A stretch of 64,000 bases of DNA from an uncultured Nitrospiraceae bacterium (GTDB lineage Bacteria > Nitrospirota > Thermodesulfovibrionia > Thermodesulfovibrionales > UBA6898): contig CAWEQH010000008.1 of NCBI GenBank assembly GCA_963811165.1, positions 256,001-320,000 of the forward strand. The letters run 5' to 3'. Below are positions 63,901 through 64,000 of this stretch, in pieces. Under the pieces are notes generated by a model. The model was not told the DNA's origin. It saw only the letters and a program-made list of their open reading frames with translations, and did not search any database. The stretch's first letter is position 1. Each line of letters starts with the position of its first letter. Made by a program: the position numbers and the translations under genes.

Positions 63901-64000
63901 CCCAAAAAAATGCATTTATCTCCATGCCTCCGAAAATCAACTGTTCTTTTCAGGATAAGCCTTCAACAGGCATGATTTGCAATTTTTTTCTCCCCTTCCG

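Overview
Bacterial chromosomal window. Gene content, synteny and style suggest an anaerobic Nitrospirota (Thermodesulfovibrionia-like) or Desulfobacterota-like organism; this is inference. Most of it is housekeeping: ricT-holB-tmk, uvrA, a peptide ABC transporter, glnE, pyrE, tgt, rpiB-glyA-nrdR, tRNA-Gln/tRNA-Glu, rpmE-prfA-prmC and murA. The accessory parts are: (i) an AT-richer ~12 kb type IV pilin locus with a UAS-IHF-sigma54 promoter, two pilins, two GT-C-like membrane proteins, two GtrB-like GT2 enzymes, a dTDP-4-acetamido-6-deoxyhexose pathway and three methyltransferases, which is a candidate lipid-monosaccharide pilin glycosylation system; (ii) a PaeR7I/XhoI-family restriction-modification pair; (iii) a PAS-GGDEF-EAL gene next to the tRNAs; (iv) a 1974-aa IPTL-CTERM surface protein with three 252-bp tandem repeats. 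Signals outside the ORF track are two diverged copies of a ~155-nt covarying rod-shaped RNA (6S-like or MITE), GTAG-type REP hairpins inside protein genes, a bS22/mS38-like ribosomal protein and an orphan HicB-like protein. Many genes, including essential prfA, carry single-base frameshifts, several in homopolymers, most likely long-read assembly errors.
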